Source of the DNA: Obrimoposthia wandeli
Lineage: Eukaryota
DNA length: 64,000 nt
Direction of reading: 5' to 3'
Assembly (NCBI GenBank): GCA_977020255.1
Contig: CDROCS010000506.1
Coordinates: forward strand, 248,001-312,000
Part shown: positions 51,756 to 62,800 of the stretch, piece after piece
How positions within the stretch are numbered: the first letter of the stretch is position 1
Layout of the letters: each line of letters begins with the position of its first letter
Program-made: the position numbers and the translations under genes
Notes under the pieces: model-generated
What the model was told of the DNA's origin: nothing
Databases searched by the model: none
What the model saw: only the letters and a program-made list of their open reading frames with translations

Positions 51756-53051
51756 ATGATTGAACGGAAACATATGAGCGAAGTGCCAATGATTCAGCGT
51801 ATTGCTGCGTACATTGCCATTTTGGTGGGTTACTTTTTTTATTGTTATAACTTTGTAATTATTGATTACGTCCGCCCATATCTTGTTGAAGAATATGACA
51901 ACATTAGCTTAGCGGATACGGCTCAATTTTATACTTGGCAATCGGTTGGTGCGCTTATAGGGGCATTAAGTTGTGCATGGGTTGCATCTAACTTTGGTAA
52001 AAAGTCGACATTGATTGCCATTACCGCCCTAAATGGTGGTGCGACCATTATTAATATGATGTTTACCGATTACGCAACGTGGGCATTAATGCGTTTTATT
52101 ATCGGTATTTCACTTGGTGGTTACTTTACCGTCGCAGTATCAATGATGATTGGCCTATTTACCCCAAGTGTTCGTGGTAAATTAACCGCTTTTGCATCAA
52201 GTATGTTCTCTGTTGCCTTAATGGCCATGGGTGCCTACGCAGCATTTATCACCAGCATTGACGCACCTTGGCAGAGCCTAATGTGGGTTGGTGGTATACC
52301 ACCATTAGTTGCAGCCGCGTTGATGATTTTCCTTTTACCAAACGACAAAAAAGTGATCGCATATGGTGAAGAAGAAGCCGCTGAACAAGAAAATGCTGGA
52401 GCAGAAAAGAAAAAAGGTTCTTGGGGCGAAATGCTCAGTGCTCCTTACCGCAAGCTTACGCTCTCATGTCTATTGCTTGCTGGCCTTAACTTCTATGGTT
52501 ACCAATTCTTTAGTGGGTTCGTAACAACCTATCTAAGACAGGTTCGAGAGTTCGATGGCGCGACCATAGGTATCATTTTCTCTATATCTGCATTCGGTTC
52601 ATTATTCGGCGCATGGGTATGGGGCGCTATTGCGGACAAATACGGCCGTAAAGTTAACGCGCTAGGGTTTATCATCGCCGGTGTTATGGCTTCAGTATTC
52701 TTTGTTGCACCAAGCGACGTCATGATTGGTAGCCTAAATATGCTAGCGATACTTGGCCTTATATACAACTTCGGCTTATCTGCGTCGGCAGTATGGGGTG
52801 GTTATTTCTCTGAATTATTCCCTCCACATCTGCGTAACTTTGGCGCGGCTTTATTCCACGGTGGTCGTATCATCGGCATGTGGGCGCCAATGGTATTGGT
52901 TTACATCCAAGAACGTTCAGACCTAGAGACGGCAATGTGGGGTTCTCCAATCATCTGGATCATTGCTGGTCTACTGTGGTTCTCTCTGCCTGAAACATTG
53001 AAAGGCGGTATTTTCTACAAAGAAAAATCACTGAAACAAGCGACCGCATAG
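51756..53051 (+). CDS. MFS transporter (aromatic acid/sugar-acid:H+ symporter-like)
   Basis: 12 TM; WVASNFGKK, LMRFIIGISLGG, AIADKYGRK and FSELFPPHLRNFG. Confidence 0.92.
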   Translation: MIERKHMSEVPMIQRIAAYIAILVGYFFYCYNFVIIDYVRPYLVEEYDNISLADTAQFYTWQSVGALIGALSCAWVASNFGKKSTLIAITALNGGATIINMMFTDYATWALMRFIIGISLGGYFTVAVSMMIGLFTPSVRGKLTAFASSMFSVALMAMGAYAAFITSIDAPWQSLMWVGGIPPLVAAALMIFLLPNDKKVIAYGEEEAAEQENAGAEKKKGSWGEMLSAPYRKLTLSCLLLAGLNFYGYQFFSGFVTTYLRQVREFDGATIGIIFSISAFGSLFGAWVWGAIADKYGRKVNALGFIIAGVMASVFFVAPSDVMIGSLNMLAILGLIYNFGLSASAVWGGYFSELFPPHLRNFGAALFHGGRIIGMWAPMVLVYIQERSDLETAMWGSPIIWIIAGLLWFSLPETLKGGIFYKEKSLKQATA

Positions 53052-53151
53052 TAACAACCTTTATTCAAACGGCAGGCACCTCGCCTGTCGGTAATATGAT
53101 TTATTTTTTCTAGCCCGTTAGAAACTGGCTCGTCAGCAAAAGAGAGATAAA

Positions 53152-54168
53152 ATGTCTAAATATCAAGAAGCTAAAAAAATAGTACGTAATTATTTCGATG
53201 CAATGGAAAAAGCAACGCACGAAAATGTAGCAGAAGTACTAAAATCGCATACTTCAGAAGACTACCTATGGCGTAGTGTGTACCCATTCCGTGAACAGCA
53301 AGGCGCACAAGCAGCAGCTGACATATTCTGGTCACCAATGATGAAATCAATGACCCGTATGCAACGCCGTCAAGATATCTTCATCGCCGGTGAAAATGAA
53401 GTCGCTGCAGGTGAAACATGGGTGATGAGCATGGGCCATTTCATGGGGCTATTCGATGCTGAATTCCTCGGCATGCGCCCAACAGGCAAAATTATGAATG
53501 TTCGCTACGCTGAATTTAGTTGCGTAGAAAATGGCAAAATCACCAAGACTGGTTTGTTCTTAGACCTTCTCGGTATGATGGATCAAGCAGGTTGTTACCC
53601 ACTACCACCGTCAACGGGTAAGCACTTTGTATACCCTGGCCCACGTAATCACGACGGTTTATTATTCGAAGATGCAGATCCAGCCGAAGGTATTGCAACC
53701 CTAGCGCTAGTAAACAAAATGGTTGATGATCTATCAGCACTTAACGATAGCGGTGCAATGGGTTGCCCACCTGAAGTACTTGCAAAAAGCTGGTCAAAAG
53801 ACATGGTATGGTATGGACCTTGTGGTATCGGCGCATCGTATACGATCCCTCGTTACCAACAACAGCACCAACTGCCGTTCCGTAACAATTTAAAAGACAA
53901 AAAATTCAATGGCCACGTTTGTCGTTTTGCTGAAGGCAGTTTCTCTTGTTTCTTCGGTTGGCCAAACCTTTCAAATACGCCAACAGGTGGTTTTTTAGGT
54001 ATGCCAGGTGGCGAAGTGAGAGCAAACATGCAAGTTGTTGATGTTTATTATCGCGACGGGGACAAATTGTCTGAAAACTGGGTGTTGATTGATCTACCTT
54101 ATTGGTTACAACAGCAAGGCTTAGATGTGTTTGAACGTACTCAACAAATAGCAAACCCTACTCTCTAG
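53152..54168 (+). CDS. Tandem SnoaL/NTF2-fold (ester cyclase-like) protein
   Basis: Two similar halves: FLGMRPTGK...ENGKITKTGLFLDLLG and FLGMPGG...DGDKLSENWVLIDLP. Confidence 0.8.
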   Translation: MSKYQEAKKIVRNYFDAMEKATHENVAEVLKSHTSEDYLWRSVYPFREQQGAQAAADIFWSPMMKSMTRMQRRQDIFIAGENEVAAGETWVMSMGHFMGLFDAEFLGMRPTGKIMNVRYAEFSCVENGKITKTGLFLDLLGMMDQAGCYPLPPSTGKHFVYPGPRNHDGLLFEDADPAEGIATLALVNKMVDDLSALNDSGAMGCPPEVLAKSWSKDMVWYGPCGIGASYTIPRYQQQHQLPFRNNLKDKKFNGHVCRFAEGSFSCFFGWPNLSNTPTGGFLGMPGGEVRANMQVVDVYYRDGDKLSENWVLIDLPYWLQQQGLDVFERTQQIANPTL

Positions 54169-54175
54169 TATTAAT

Positions 54176-54201
54176 AAGCCTGGGCAAATTAGCTCAGGCT
54201 T
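54176..54201 (+). terminator. Hairpin after the SnoaL-like gene
   Basis: AAGCCTGGGC-aaatta-GCTCAGGCTT. Confidence 0.6.
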
Positions 54202-54266
54202 ATGAACAACTTGCCTAATTATGTTATTCTAGTTTTAGTCACCTTACTAAAAATAATAGCGCACTC

Positions 54267-55271
54267 ATGAATATACCTAAAGCAAACGCTACCTCAAAAG
54301 ATGTTGCAAAATTAGCCGGCGTATCTCAATCGACGGTATCTCGTGTTTTTTTGCCAGGCAGCTCTGTCAGTGAAAAAACCAAAAACAACGTATTTGCAGC
54401 TGCCAAAACGTTAAATTATCGTCCCAATGCTTTTGCTCGTAGTCTAACTACCAATGAATCTAAACTTATTGGTTTAGTTTTTCCAGATACTGATTACCCT
54501 TTGCACATGAAAACGCTGCAATTAATATCTAGCGAATTACAAAAAGAAGGTTATTCAGCGGTACTGATCCCATGGAAAGTTGACGATGAAGCACTCCACT
54601 CTATTCCCAATATTTTTCAGTATCGTGTCGATGGTGTGATCGCGGCTTCGGCGACATTCAACAAATCACTTTATGAAGAATGTGCAGAATTCAATATCCC
54701 TGTTGTTCAGTTCGCAAGAGTAGTTGAAGGTACAAGAAGTAGTCATGTGGTGAGTGACAACTACGCTGCAGGCCAAACAGCCGCAAAGCATTTCCACAAA
54801 AATGGCGTAAAATCAGCAATCTACTTAACGGGTGATATACCCACTTTCACTAATAATGAACGTAAGGCTGGTTTTTGTAGTGAGTTTGAAAGCCTGACAA
54901 ATAAACAAGCGCATGTTGTTGAAGCCAGCTTTGACTACACAGAGGCTCTAGATGAAATCAGAGTACTGCTGAGCCAAGTTAACAGACCTGATGGCGTATT
55001 TTGTGCCACCGATAATATTGCAATGGCGCTAATGGATGTGGCTCGTCTAGAGTTTGGTTTAAAAATTCCAGATGATTTACAAGTGATTGGCTTTGATAAT
55101 ATCCCTCAAGCAGAATGGCTAAACTATCAGCTATCTACTTTTAATCAAGATTTTAAGCGTTTGGCACGAGAGTCTGTAAAAATCATTGTCGACCAAATTA
55201 GTCAGAATGATTCGACGCTAGTAAAGCTCATGCTTCCAGCGCATTTTATAGAACGCAAAACCACACGGTAA
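54267..55271 (+). CDS. LacI-family transcriptional regulator
   Basis: ATSKDVAKLAGVSQSTVSRVF, LNYRPNAFARSL, DNIAMA and LQVIGFDN. Confidence 0.95.
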   Translation: MNIPKANATSKDVAKLAGVSQSTVSRVFLPGSSVSEKTKNNVFAAAKTLNYRPNAFARSLTTNESKLIGLVFPDTDYPLHMKTLQLISSELQKEGYSAVLIPWKVDDEALHSIPNIFQYRVDGVIAASATFNKSLYEECAEFNIPVVQFARVVEGTRSSHVVSDNYAAGQTAAKHFHKNGVKSAIYLTGDIPTFTNNERKAGFCSEFESLTNKQAHVVEASFDYTEALDEIRVLLSQVNRPDGVFCATDNIAMALMDVARLEFGLKIPDDLQVIGFDNIPQAEWLNYQLSTFNQDFKRLARESVKIIVDQISQNDSTLVKLMLPAHFIERKTTR

Positions 55272-55593
55272 AGCATCCCCCATCTATTAAATGAATACAG
55301 ATGAGTTTTAATCTAATTCGCGAGTTGTTTACGCAACAACCGCGACTTAGAATAGAGCAACTAACGCCGATAGATAAATCCCCCCTCCACAACTCCCAAC
55401 TAAAATTACTTGCATAGATATAACAACCCTTAGTGACCGAAATCACTAATTACGTTAAACTAGCGGCAATTATCAGACTATTGCAGGAAATGTTTACTCA
55501 CTGCTTTAGCAACCAACTTTCAGACCAACACATTTAGTACCCCAATATGTACCCGATGTGACCGAAAGATAAAATAAAAGGTTTATATTTCAA

Positions 55594-56520
55594 ATGACTA
55601 GAAGTTCAATTCAGTGGTACCCAGGGCACATGCATAAAGCCCGTAAAGAGATCGCGGAAGTAATGCCGCAAATGGACCTCATTATCGAAGTGCTTGATGC
55701 GCGTATTCCTTACAGCAGTGAGAATCCAATGATCTCAGAGCTACGTGGTGATACCCCTTGTATTAAAATTCTTAATAAAAGTGATCTTGCTGATCCGATT
55801 ATTACAGCACAATGGTTAGAATACCTAGAATTAGAAGAAGGCGTTAAAGCCTATGCCTTTACGACGCAAGAAGTGCACGAGATCAAAAAGATCCCTGCCC
55901 TAGCGCGTAAATTAGTACCAAACAAAGAAGGTGCTGACAAAGTAATTAAAGCGATGATCATGGGTATTCCAAACGTGGGTAAATCAACCACGATTAATAT
56001 TCTTGCTAACCGTATTATTGCGAAAACAGGTAATGAGCCAGCGGTAACGAAACAACAGCAACGTATCAAACTGGATAACGGTATCGTATTATCAGATACC
56101 CCAGGTATGTTATGGCCGAAAGTACAAAACCCACTTTCTGGTTACCGTTTAGCATCAACAGGCGCAATTAAAGATACTGCGATTGAATATGATGACATCG
56201 GTATGTATGCAGCTGAATATATGTGTAAAGCATACCCAGAAGCAATGCGTGAGCGTTACAAGCTAGATAACTTAGACAAGACAGACGTAGAATTGTTAGA
56301 AGACATTGGCCGTGGTCGTGGTTGTTTAGGTCCAGGTGGTTTTGTTGATTTAAACAAAGCAGCTGCGATTTTAATCAATGAATTGCGTACTGCTAAAATC
56401 TGTCGTCTTAGCTTAGAAACACCAGCAATGGCTGAAGCAGAGAAACAAGCCGTTATCGAACGATTAGCGCTTGAAGGCGAGAAGATTAAAAAACGTAAGC
56501 CAAAGAAAAGACGTCGTTAA
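55594..56520 (+). CDS. rbgA: Ribosome biogenesis GTPase YlqF/RbgA (circularly permuted)
   Basis: IQWYPGHM, LDARIP, NKSD (G4), GIPNVGKS (G1) and DTPG (G3). Confidence 0.95.
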   Translation: MTRSSIQWYPGHMHKARKEIAEVMPQMDLIIEVLDARIPYSSENPMISELRGDTPCIKILNKSDLADPIITAQWLEYLELEEGVKAYAFTTQEVHEIKKIPALARKLVPNKEGADKVIKAMIMGIPNVGKSTTINILANRIIAKTGNEPAVTKQQQRIKLDNGIVLSDTPGMLWPKVQNPLSGYRLASTGAIKDTAIEYDDIGMYAAEYMCKAYPEAMRERYKLDNLDKTDVELLEDIGRGRGCLGPGGFVDLNKAAAILINELRTAKICRLSLETPAMAEAEKQAVIERLALEGEKIKKRKPKKRRR

Positions 56521-56546
56521 TCTATTCGAACTGAATAAATTGCAAA

Positions 56547-56583
56547 AAAAGAGCCTCTCGTTACTGTAACGAGAGGCTCTTTT
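56547..56583. terminator. Bidirectional terminator
   Basis: Perfect 18-bp inverted repeat AAAAGAGCCTCTCGTTAC-t-GTAACGAGAGGCTCTTTT. Confidence 0.85.
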
Positions 56584-56606
56584 CATTTAATGCTACATTT
56601 AATTCT

Positions 56607-57105
56607 TTATTTGATGATTAGACGTACGTCGTCATCGTCACCCAATTCAATAATGAACTGTTTCTTGTCTGCTTTAACAGAACGACTCACCCATTCCAGT
56701 GGAATTGTGATTGAGCCCATTTCACCATCAAAAATATCATCTTGATTCATTTCAAAATCAGCATCATTTTCAGGGTGACAACCTTGTGCATACGCTAATG
56801 TACCGCGCTCAATTGGCGAGATATCACTTGGAAACGACATTATTCAATGAACACGCCCGTGTTTCAGCCATCATTAATTGTGCGGTTGCAGTTTTTGAGG
56901 ATTCTGGGAGGATTAACATCTGGGCCAGTTTGAGGCCTTTACTTAATGCTTCAACTTCAGTGTTGCCATGTTCATCGACAACTTTAGAGCCTTTGAACTT
57001 GCTCGCGTCCCAAAGATCATCATAAGTAGGGGTAAAAGTCTTTGCAGCAAGTGCTTCCGCTTCAATCGGCAAAACTTCATCAAGAGAAAATATAATTCGT
57101 TTCAT
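56607..57105 (-). pseudogene. Split gene, probable DUF3085-like protein
   Basis: Two overlapping ORFs (93 aa + 77 aa) join via small frameshifts to give ..QLMMAENTGVFIMSFPS...LAYAQGCHPENDADF...IFDGEMG, resembling the DUF3085 DQGVYLMSN...YAxGCxP...FGGDD pattern as I recall it. Confidence 0.5.
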
Positions 57106-57257
57106 TGTTGTCCGCTCTTTAATGACAAAAGCACAAACAAATGTTTGTGCTTAATACTCAAACTGCGTCAAGATTCATCTTGATACAGTTTAGATATATA
57201 ATATACTCGAACTATATACCTAAACAGCGTGTTAATGCAAGTCAGCTAACCGCTTGC

Positions 57258-58319
57258 TTATTTAACTGTACGGCGTGTCGCAACAGCATCAGATAACTGT
57301 GCCATCATCGTTTCAGTGTCTGCCCAACCGATACAAGCATCAGTGATACTTTGACCGTAAGTTTCAACTTTACCATTAACAAGATCTTGACGACCTTCGA
57401 CTAAATGGCTCTCTACCATCACACCAAAGATTGCACCATTACCGGCGCTGATCTGGCCTGCAACATCAGTCGAAACATCCATTTGCTTTTGGAATTTCTT
57501 TTCGCTGTTAGCATGGCTAAAATCAATCATGATATTAACGTCTTGCTTAGCACCTTCTAACTGAGTCGTAATTGCAGCAACATCATCAGCTGAATAGTTA
57601 GTCGACTTATTACCACCACGTAGGATGATATGACAATCAGGGTTACCAGCAGTAGAGATAATTGCCGAGTGACCGAACTTAGTTACTGATAAGAAATGGT
57701 GCGGTGCGTTAGCACTACCAATCGCATCAATCGCTACTTTAATTGTACCGTCTGTACCGTTTTTAAAGCCAACAGGACATGACATGCCTGATGCTAATTC
57801 GCGGTGAACTTGAGATTCTGTTGTACGTGCGCCGATTGCGCCCCAGCTCATTAGATCGCCAACGTATTGTGGTGTGATCATATCTAGGAATTCACCAGCA
57901 GTTGGTAGACCCATTGCATTCACATCAAGCAATAGTTTACGTGCAATACGTACACCATCATTTAATTGAAAGCTATCATCTAAATACGGGTCGTTAATTA
58001 AACCTTTCCAACCGACTGTTGTACGTGGCTTTTCAAAATAAACACGCATCACAATTTCAAGTGTACCTTTATACTTTTCACGTAATGTCACTAGACGCTC
58101 TGCATATTCTAATGCAGCTTCAGTGTCATGGATAGAACAAGGACCAACGATCACTAAAAGGCGATCATCTGCTTGCTTAAGAATTTGGCTAATACTATTA
58201 CGTGATTCAAATACTGTTTTAGTCACATCATCAGAAGCAGGGTATTTTTCTAACACTGCAATTGGCGGTAATAATTCTTTTACTTCACGGATTCTGACGT
58301 CGTCTGTTTGATAATGCAT
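57258..58319 (-). CDS. aroG: DAHP synthase, class I (Phe-sensitive type)
   Basis: MHYQTDDVRIREVKELLPPIA, RVYFEKPRTTVGWKG, IGARTTESQVHRELASG and GQSITDAC. Confidence 0.92.
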   Translation of the reverse strand: MHYQTDDVRIREVKELLPPIAVLEKYPASDDVTKTVFESRNSISQILKQADDRLLVIVGPCSIHDTEAALEYAERLVTLREKYKGTLEIVMRVYFEKPRTTVGWKGLINDPYLDDSFQLNDGVRIARKLLLDVNAMGLPTAGEFLDMITPQYVGDLMSWGAIGARTTESQVHRELASGMSCPVGFKNGTDGTIKVAIDAIGSANAPHHFLSVTKFGHSAIISTAGNPDCHIILRGGNKSTNYSADDVAAITTQLEGAKQDVNIMIDFSHANSEKKFQKQMDVSTDVAGQISAGNGAIFGVMVESHLVEGRQDLVNGKVETYGQSITDACIGWADTETMMAQLSDAVATRRTVK

Positions 58320-58384
58320 ACTAATAATATTCCTTTATTCGCCCTCAGGCATTCATACTCTAATGTGATATTGTCCGCATTCAA

Positions 58385-58402
58385 TGTAACGCCTATTTCA
58401 CT
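58385..58402. promoter_or_regulatory. Weak TyrR-like box
   Basis: TGTAAC-gcctat-TTCACT (9/12 to TGTAAA-N6-TTTACA) upstream of aroG. Confidence 0.35.
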
Positions 58403-58512
58403 CGGAAGCAATTATAAATCACATAAAAAATCCGTGGATATTATAAGAAATATTCTTATCTTACCGAGTTTAAGGTAATATCCAGCTAAAATACCCTAAA
58501 CTTGGAAATCCT

Positions 58513-58827
58513 ATGCTATTAAAAACTGAAGATGAATTAATTGACTTTGCTTACGACGCATTCTTAGAGGATGCTCAAACGCATTTAGAGCCTGCTGATC
58601 AAATCTTATTTGCTATGCAATTCGAAGATCTTGGTGCTGTTGATATCGTTGATCTTGGTAGCGATTGGCCAGCGAGTGTTGCTATGGGTGTGAATGACGA
58701 TGAATATTGTGAGCTACACATTGGACTGGTTGACGACAAAGATTTACTCAGTGATGTATTCGGTCGTGTGTTAGTAAAGAAAAAAGCCGGCGATAAATTT
58801 ATCCATATTCTTTGGAAAACTGAATAA
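58513..58827 (+). CDS. HI1450/YciU family dsDNA-mimic protein (DUF440)
   Basis: Highly acidic; EDELIDFAYDAFLE, LFAMQFEDLGAV and C-terminal HILWK. Confidence 0.85.
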   Translation: MLLKTEDELIDFAYDAFLEDAQTHLEPADQILFAMQFEDLGAVDIVDLGSDWPASVAMGVNDDEYCELHIGLVDDKDLLSDVFGRVLVKKKAGDKFIHILWKTE

Positions 58828-58880
58828 TCAATCTGCTGTGACTTGATTTCATCTTCGATTTAAGGAATATTAGCTTTTAA

Positions 58881-58919
58881 AGTAAGTATTTATAAAAATG
58901 TTTCAGATAAATATTTATT
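58881..58919. promoter_or_regulatory. Possible tandem ARG boxes
   Basis: AGTAAGTATTTATAAAAA-tgt-TTCAGATAAATATTTATT: two AT-rich 18-mers 3 bp apart upstream of argA; weak match. Confidence 0.3.
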
Positions 58920-58952
58920 ATAAGTATTAGAGTAGAGATTAAATCCAAGGAG

Positions 58953-60281
58953 ATGGAATTGAGTCAACAAGATAACCAGTTAGTACGTTGGTTTCGCCAA
59001 TCAGCGCCCTACCTCAATGCGCACCGTGATAAAACCATCGTACTAACATTAAGCGGTGAAGCCATCGCGCATGCTAATTTCATCAATATCGTCAATGACA
59101 TTGCCTTATTAAATATTCTTGGTATTCGCATCGTCTTGGTTTTTGGCGCGCGTCCACAAATTAACAGTATACTCGCGCAGAATAATTGCGAGAGTCAATT
59201 TCACAAACGTCAACGCGTCACTGACGAACAAGCCTTCCCATTTATTAAACAAGTTATTGGTCAACTCCAGTATGAGATCACTGCCGCGTTTTCAATGGGG
59301 CTGGTCAATACGCAAATGCACGGTGTCAAAATTAATATCGTCAGTGGTAACTTCATTACAGCGCAACCTATGGGCGTTGATGACGGCGTCGATTTTTGTC
59401 ATACCGGTCGCGTTCGCCGTGTCGATACCGATGCACTAGAATATCAACTCGCTCAAAATGCCATTACTGTCGTTCCCCCACTTGGCTATTCAGTAACAGG
59501 GGAAAGTTTTAACCTTAGTGCAGAAGAAGTCGCGACTAAGATAGCCATCAAACTCAGCGCCCATAAACTGATTAACTTTTGCTCTTCGCAAGGTGTATTG
59601 GACTATAACGGTAACCTTATTTCAGAAATGTTCCCCGAACAAGCGCAAGAACGCTTAGCCGAACTTGAAGAACAAGGCGGCATCAACAGCGGTACAGCGT
59701 CTTACTTAAGAGCAGCGATTAATGCATCTTTAGCAGGTGTTCCTCGCTGTCATTTAGTCAGTTACAAAACCGATGGTTCATTGCTGCAAGAGCTCTTCTC
59801 ACGCGATGGTGTTGGTACGCAAATAGTACGCCAAAGCGCCGAGCAAACTCGTCCAGCTAAGATTGAAGATGTGCCAGGCATTATGTTATTAACACAGCCC
59901 TTGGTCGAACAAGGCATGTTAGTACAGCGCAGCAGAGAGCAGTTAGTACGAGACATTGAGCACTTCACGGTCGTTGAACGTGATGGCACCATCATCGGTT
60001 GTGCCTCACTGTATTGTTTCTCGGGGAATATCGCCGAAATGGCCAGTGTTGCGACCCATCCTGAATATCGTCGCTTGAGTCGTGGAGACTTATTGGTCAA
60101 AGAAATAGAACGACAAGCCAAATCACAAGGGATGGATAGTTTGTTTGTGCTGACCACGCACAGTATCCATTGGTTTAGAGAGCGCGGTTTTGACCCTGTC
60201 GAACTGGAACAGCTACCTGTTGAAAAACAAGAACTGTACAATTTACAGCGTCGTTCAAAGATTCTGATGAAGACTTTATAA
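58953..60281 (+). CDS. argA: N-acetylglutamate synthase
   Basis: [37 protein letters not shown]-terminal GNAT domain and [10 protein letters not shown]. Confidence 0.97.
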   Translation: MELSQQDNQLVRWFRQSAPYLNAHRDKTIVLTLSGEAIAHANFINIVNDIALLNILGIRIVLVFGARPQINSILAQNNCESQFHKRQRVTDEQAFPFIKQVIGQLQYEITAAFSMGLVNTQMHGVKINIVSGNFITAQPMGVDDGVDFCHTGRVRRVDTDALEYQLAQNAITVVPPLGYSVTGESFNLSAEEVATKIAIKLSAHKLINFCSSQGVLDYNGNLISEMFPEQAQERLAELEEQGGINSGTASYLRAAINASLAGVPRCHLVSYKTDGSLLQELFSRDGVGTQIVRQSAEQTRPAKIEDVPGIMLLTQPLVEQGMLVQRSREQLVRDIEHFTVVERDGTIIGCASLYCFSGNIAEMASVATHPEYRRLSRGDLLVKEIERQAKSQGMDSLFVLTTHSIHWFRERGFDPVELEQLPVEKQELYNLQRRSKILMKTL

Positions 60282-60286
60282 AATCT

Positions 60287-60335
60287 GGCAGTAACTGAAA
60301 AACAGAACATCGCCGATCAGTTACCGCCTTCTTTT
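60287..60335 (+). terminator. Terminator after argA
   Basis: GGCAGTAACTGA...TCAGTTACCGCC followed by a pyrimidine/T run. Confidence 0.5.
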
Positions 60336-60459
60336 CTACAAACAAAGCCGCTTGTTACAATTCGGTACACTTGCCTTGCTCATAGTGTGCGCAAACCACT
60401 ACTACCCTACGAATATTTAAGCCTATAATCTCATCTCATTCTGTGTCAGAGTTCAATAC

Positions 60460-60765
60460 ATGTCATTACGACGAGTCTTACAACAGGGATTTCAATATCT
60501 CAGTCAGCTATTTAATCATGTCAGTCAGCGGTTACTCGCGCAACTCGACAGTAAAAAGCGCTTATGGATCGTACAAGTAGATGAAGGCGGGCTAAAAAAC
60601 CAATCATTTATTGTTGATGAAGATAACTTTCAGCAACCAATGGACTGGATGCTGAATAGACACTATTCTGTCACTGATTTAGAAAAAGTGAATAACATGA
60701 AATGTGCTCAAGTCGTTAGCGTCAAACTAGCTAACGCGAAACACAGCTTGATCCGAGCTAAATAG
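60460..60765 (+). CDS. Hypothetical protein (101 aa)
   Basis: Stand-alone ORF convergent with hemH; no function recognised. Confidence 0.65.
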   Translation: MSLRRVLQQGFQYLSQLFNHVSQRLLAQLDSKKRLWIVQVDEGGLKNQSFIVDEDNFQQPMDWMLNRHYSVTDLEKVNNMKCAQVVSVKLANAKHSLIRAK

Positions 60766-60808
60766 CGAGCTCTTAACTCGCCATCAATCATTAACTATTA
60801 ACTGAGCA

Positions 60809-61795
60809 TCAACGTCGTAAGTATTCACTCGCAACAGCATGTAGTGCACGAACATGTGCTTCATCAGCATTTAAACAAGCAATGAAACGATAATCTTCAC
60901 CACCCGCTTCTACAAATACTTCTTTGTTTTCAATCGCCATTTCTTCGAGTGTTTCTAAGCAATCAACGGCAAACGCAGGTGCGATCACATCCAGTGATTT
61001 AGTGCCACTTTTAGCCAGTTTAACTAACGTCTCATTAGTATACGGTTGCAACCATTCAGCTTTACCAAAACGCGATTGATAACAATGCACAACCTGATCT
61101 TCTGTTAAACCTAAACGCGCACATAACAGTGCTGTGGTTTCAAGGCAATGGTCAGCATAGATATCGCCTTTTTCAACCAGGAACTTAGGAATACCATGAT
61201 AAGACAGTAGTAATTTCTCAGCTTTACCCTTTTCAGCCCAATGACGTTCTACGCTTAACGCTAATGCTTCAATATAAGCCGCATTGTTATGGTAATGCTT
61301 CACTAAGCTCACGCTTGGCACATCTATAGTTGATTGCAGGTAGTTAGCCACTTGATCAAATACAGGGGCTGTCGTAGTTGATGAGTATTGTGGAAACAAC
61401 GGCAGTACCACAATATGCTCAGAACCCGCTTGTTGTAACTTTTCAATAGCATTTTTGATGCTGCGCTCGCCATACGTCATGGCTAATTCAACTTGTACAT
61501 CTTGCCCTGCGTCTTGCCCTTTACCTTTAAACAATGCAGATAACGCTTTCTGCTGTAATAGACTGTAATGTAATAATGGCGAGCCATCATCAAACCAAAT
61601 CGATTGGTAAGCTTTCGCGACACGTTTACAGCGCAAAGGTAAAATGACACCGTTTAATAGCGGCAACCAAAACAATCGAGGAATATTGACCACCCGGGTA
61701 TCAGACAGAAATGGTCTTAAAAAGGCTTTAACACCGGCTGGAGTGGCTGAGTCTGGCGTACCAAGGTTAACCAATAAAATACTTTGTTTAGTCAT
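60809..61795 (-). CDS. hemH: Ferrochelatase
   Basis: LLVNLGTPD, LFPQYSSTTT, SYHGIP, YQSRFGKAEWLQPYT and AFAVDCLETLEE. Start at ATG 61795. Confidence 0.97.
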   Translation of the reverse strand: MTKQSILLVNLGTPDSATPAGVKAFLRPFLSDTRVVNIPRLFWLPLLNGVILPLRCKRVAKAYQSIWFDDGSPLLHYSLLQQKALSALFKGKGQDAGQDVQVELAMTYGERSIKNAIEKLQQAGSEHIVVLPLFPQYSSTTTAPVFDQVANYLQSTIDVPSVSLVKHYHNNAAYIEALALSVERHWAEKGKAEKLLLSYHGIPKFLVEKGDIYADHCLETTALLCARLGLTEDQVVHCYQSRFGKAEWLQPYTNETLVKLAKSGTKSLDVIAPAFAVDCLETLEEMAIENKEVFVEAGGEDYRFIACLNADEAHVRALHAVASEYLRR

Positions 61796-61885
61796 ATTAC
61801 ACATAATCACTATATCGTTTAACGAGTAAGTCTATTCTATGCGATTAAGTAACTTGGATCCAATAACTCTCTGAGATTTAGATAT

Positions 61886-61913
61886 AAAAAAACCCCGAGC
61901 ATGCTCGAGGTTT
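61886..61913 (-). terminator. Terminator after adk
   Basis: A-run plus AACC-CCGAGC-at-GCTCGA-GGTT. Confidence 0.6.
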
Positions 61914-61979
61914 GATAGCCGTATACAGATTAATCGAAAGGATTTAACCCATTTATTAATCTATTTATTAATCTATTGA

Positions 61980-62633
<654 letters not shown>

Positions 62634-62800
62634 TTAAATTGATTTAGCTTGTGTAAATTGCTTAAATTTCAGAACCGCTAGACTACACGGGAAATCCGAT
62701 GTGTTCAAGTACGGCCCTGAATTGTCACTTATTTGCATACAACTTTGTGAGTAGTTTAATAAAAAAACACATTCACACTGTTAAATTATACAAATTGTAC

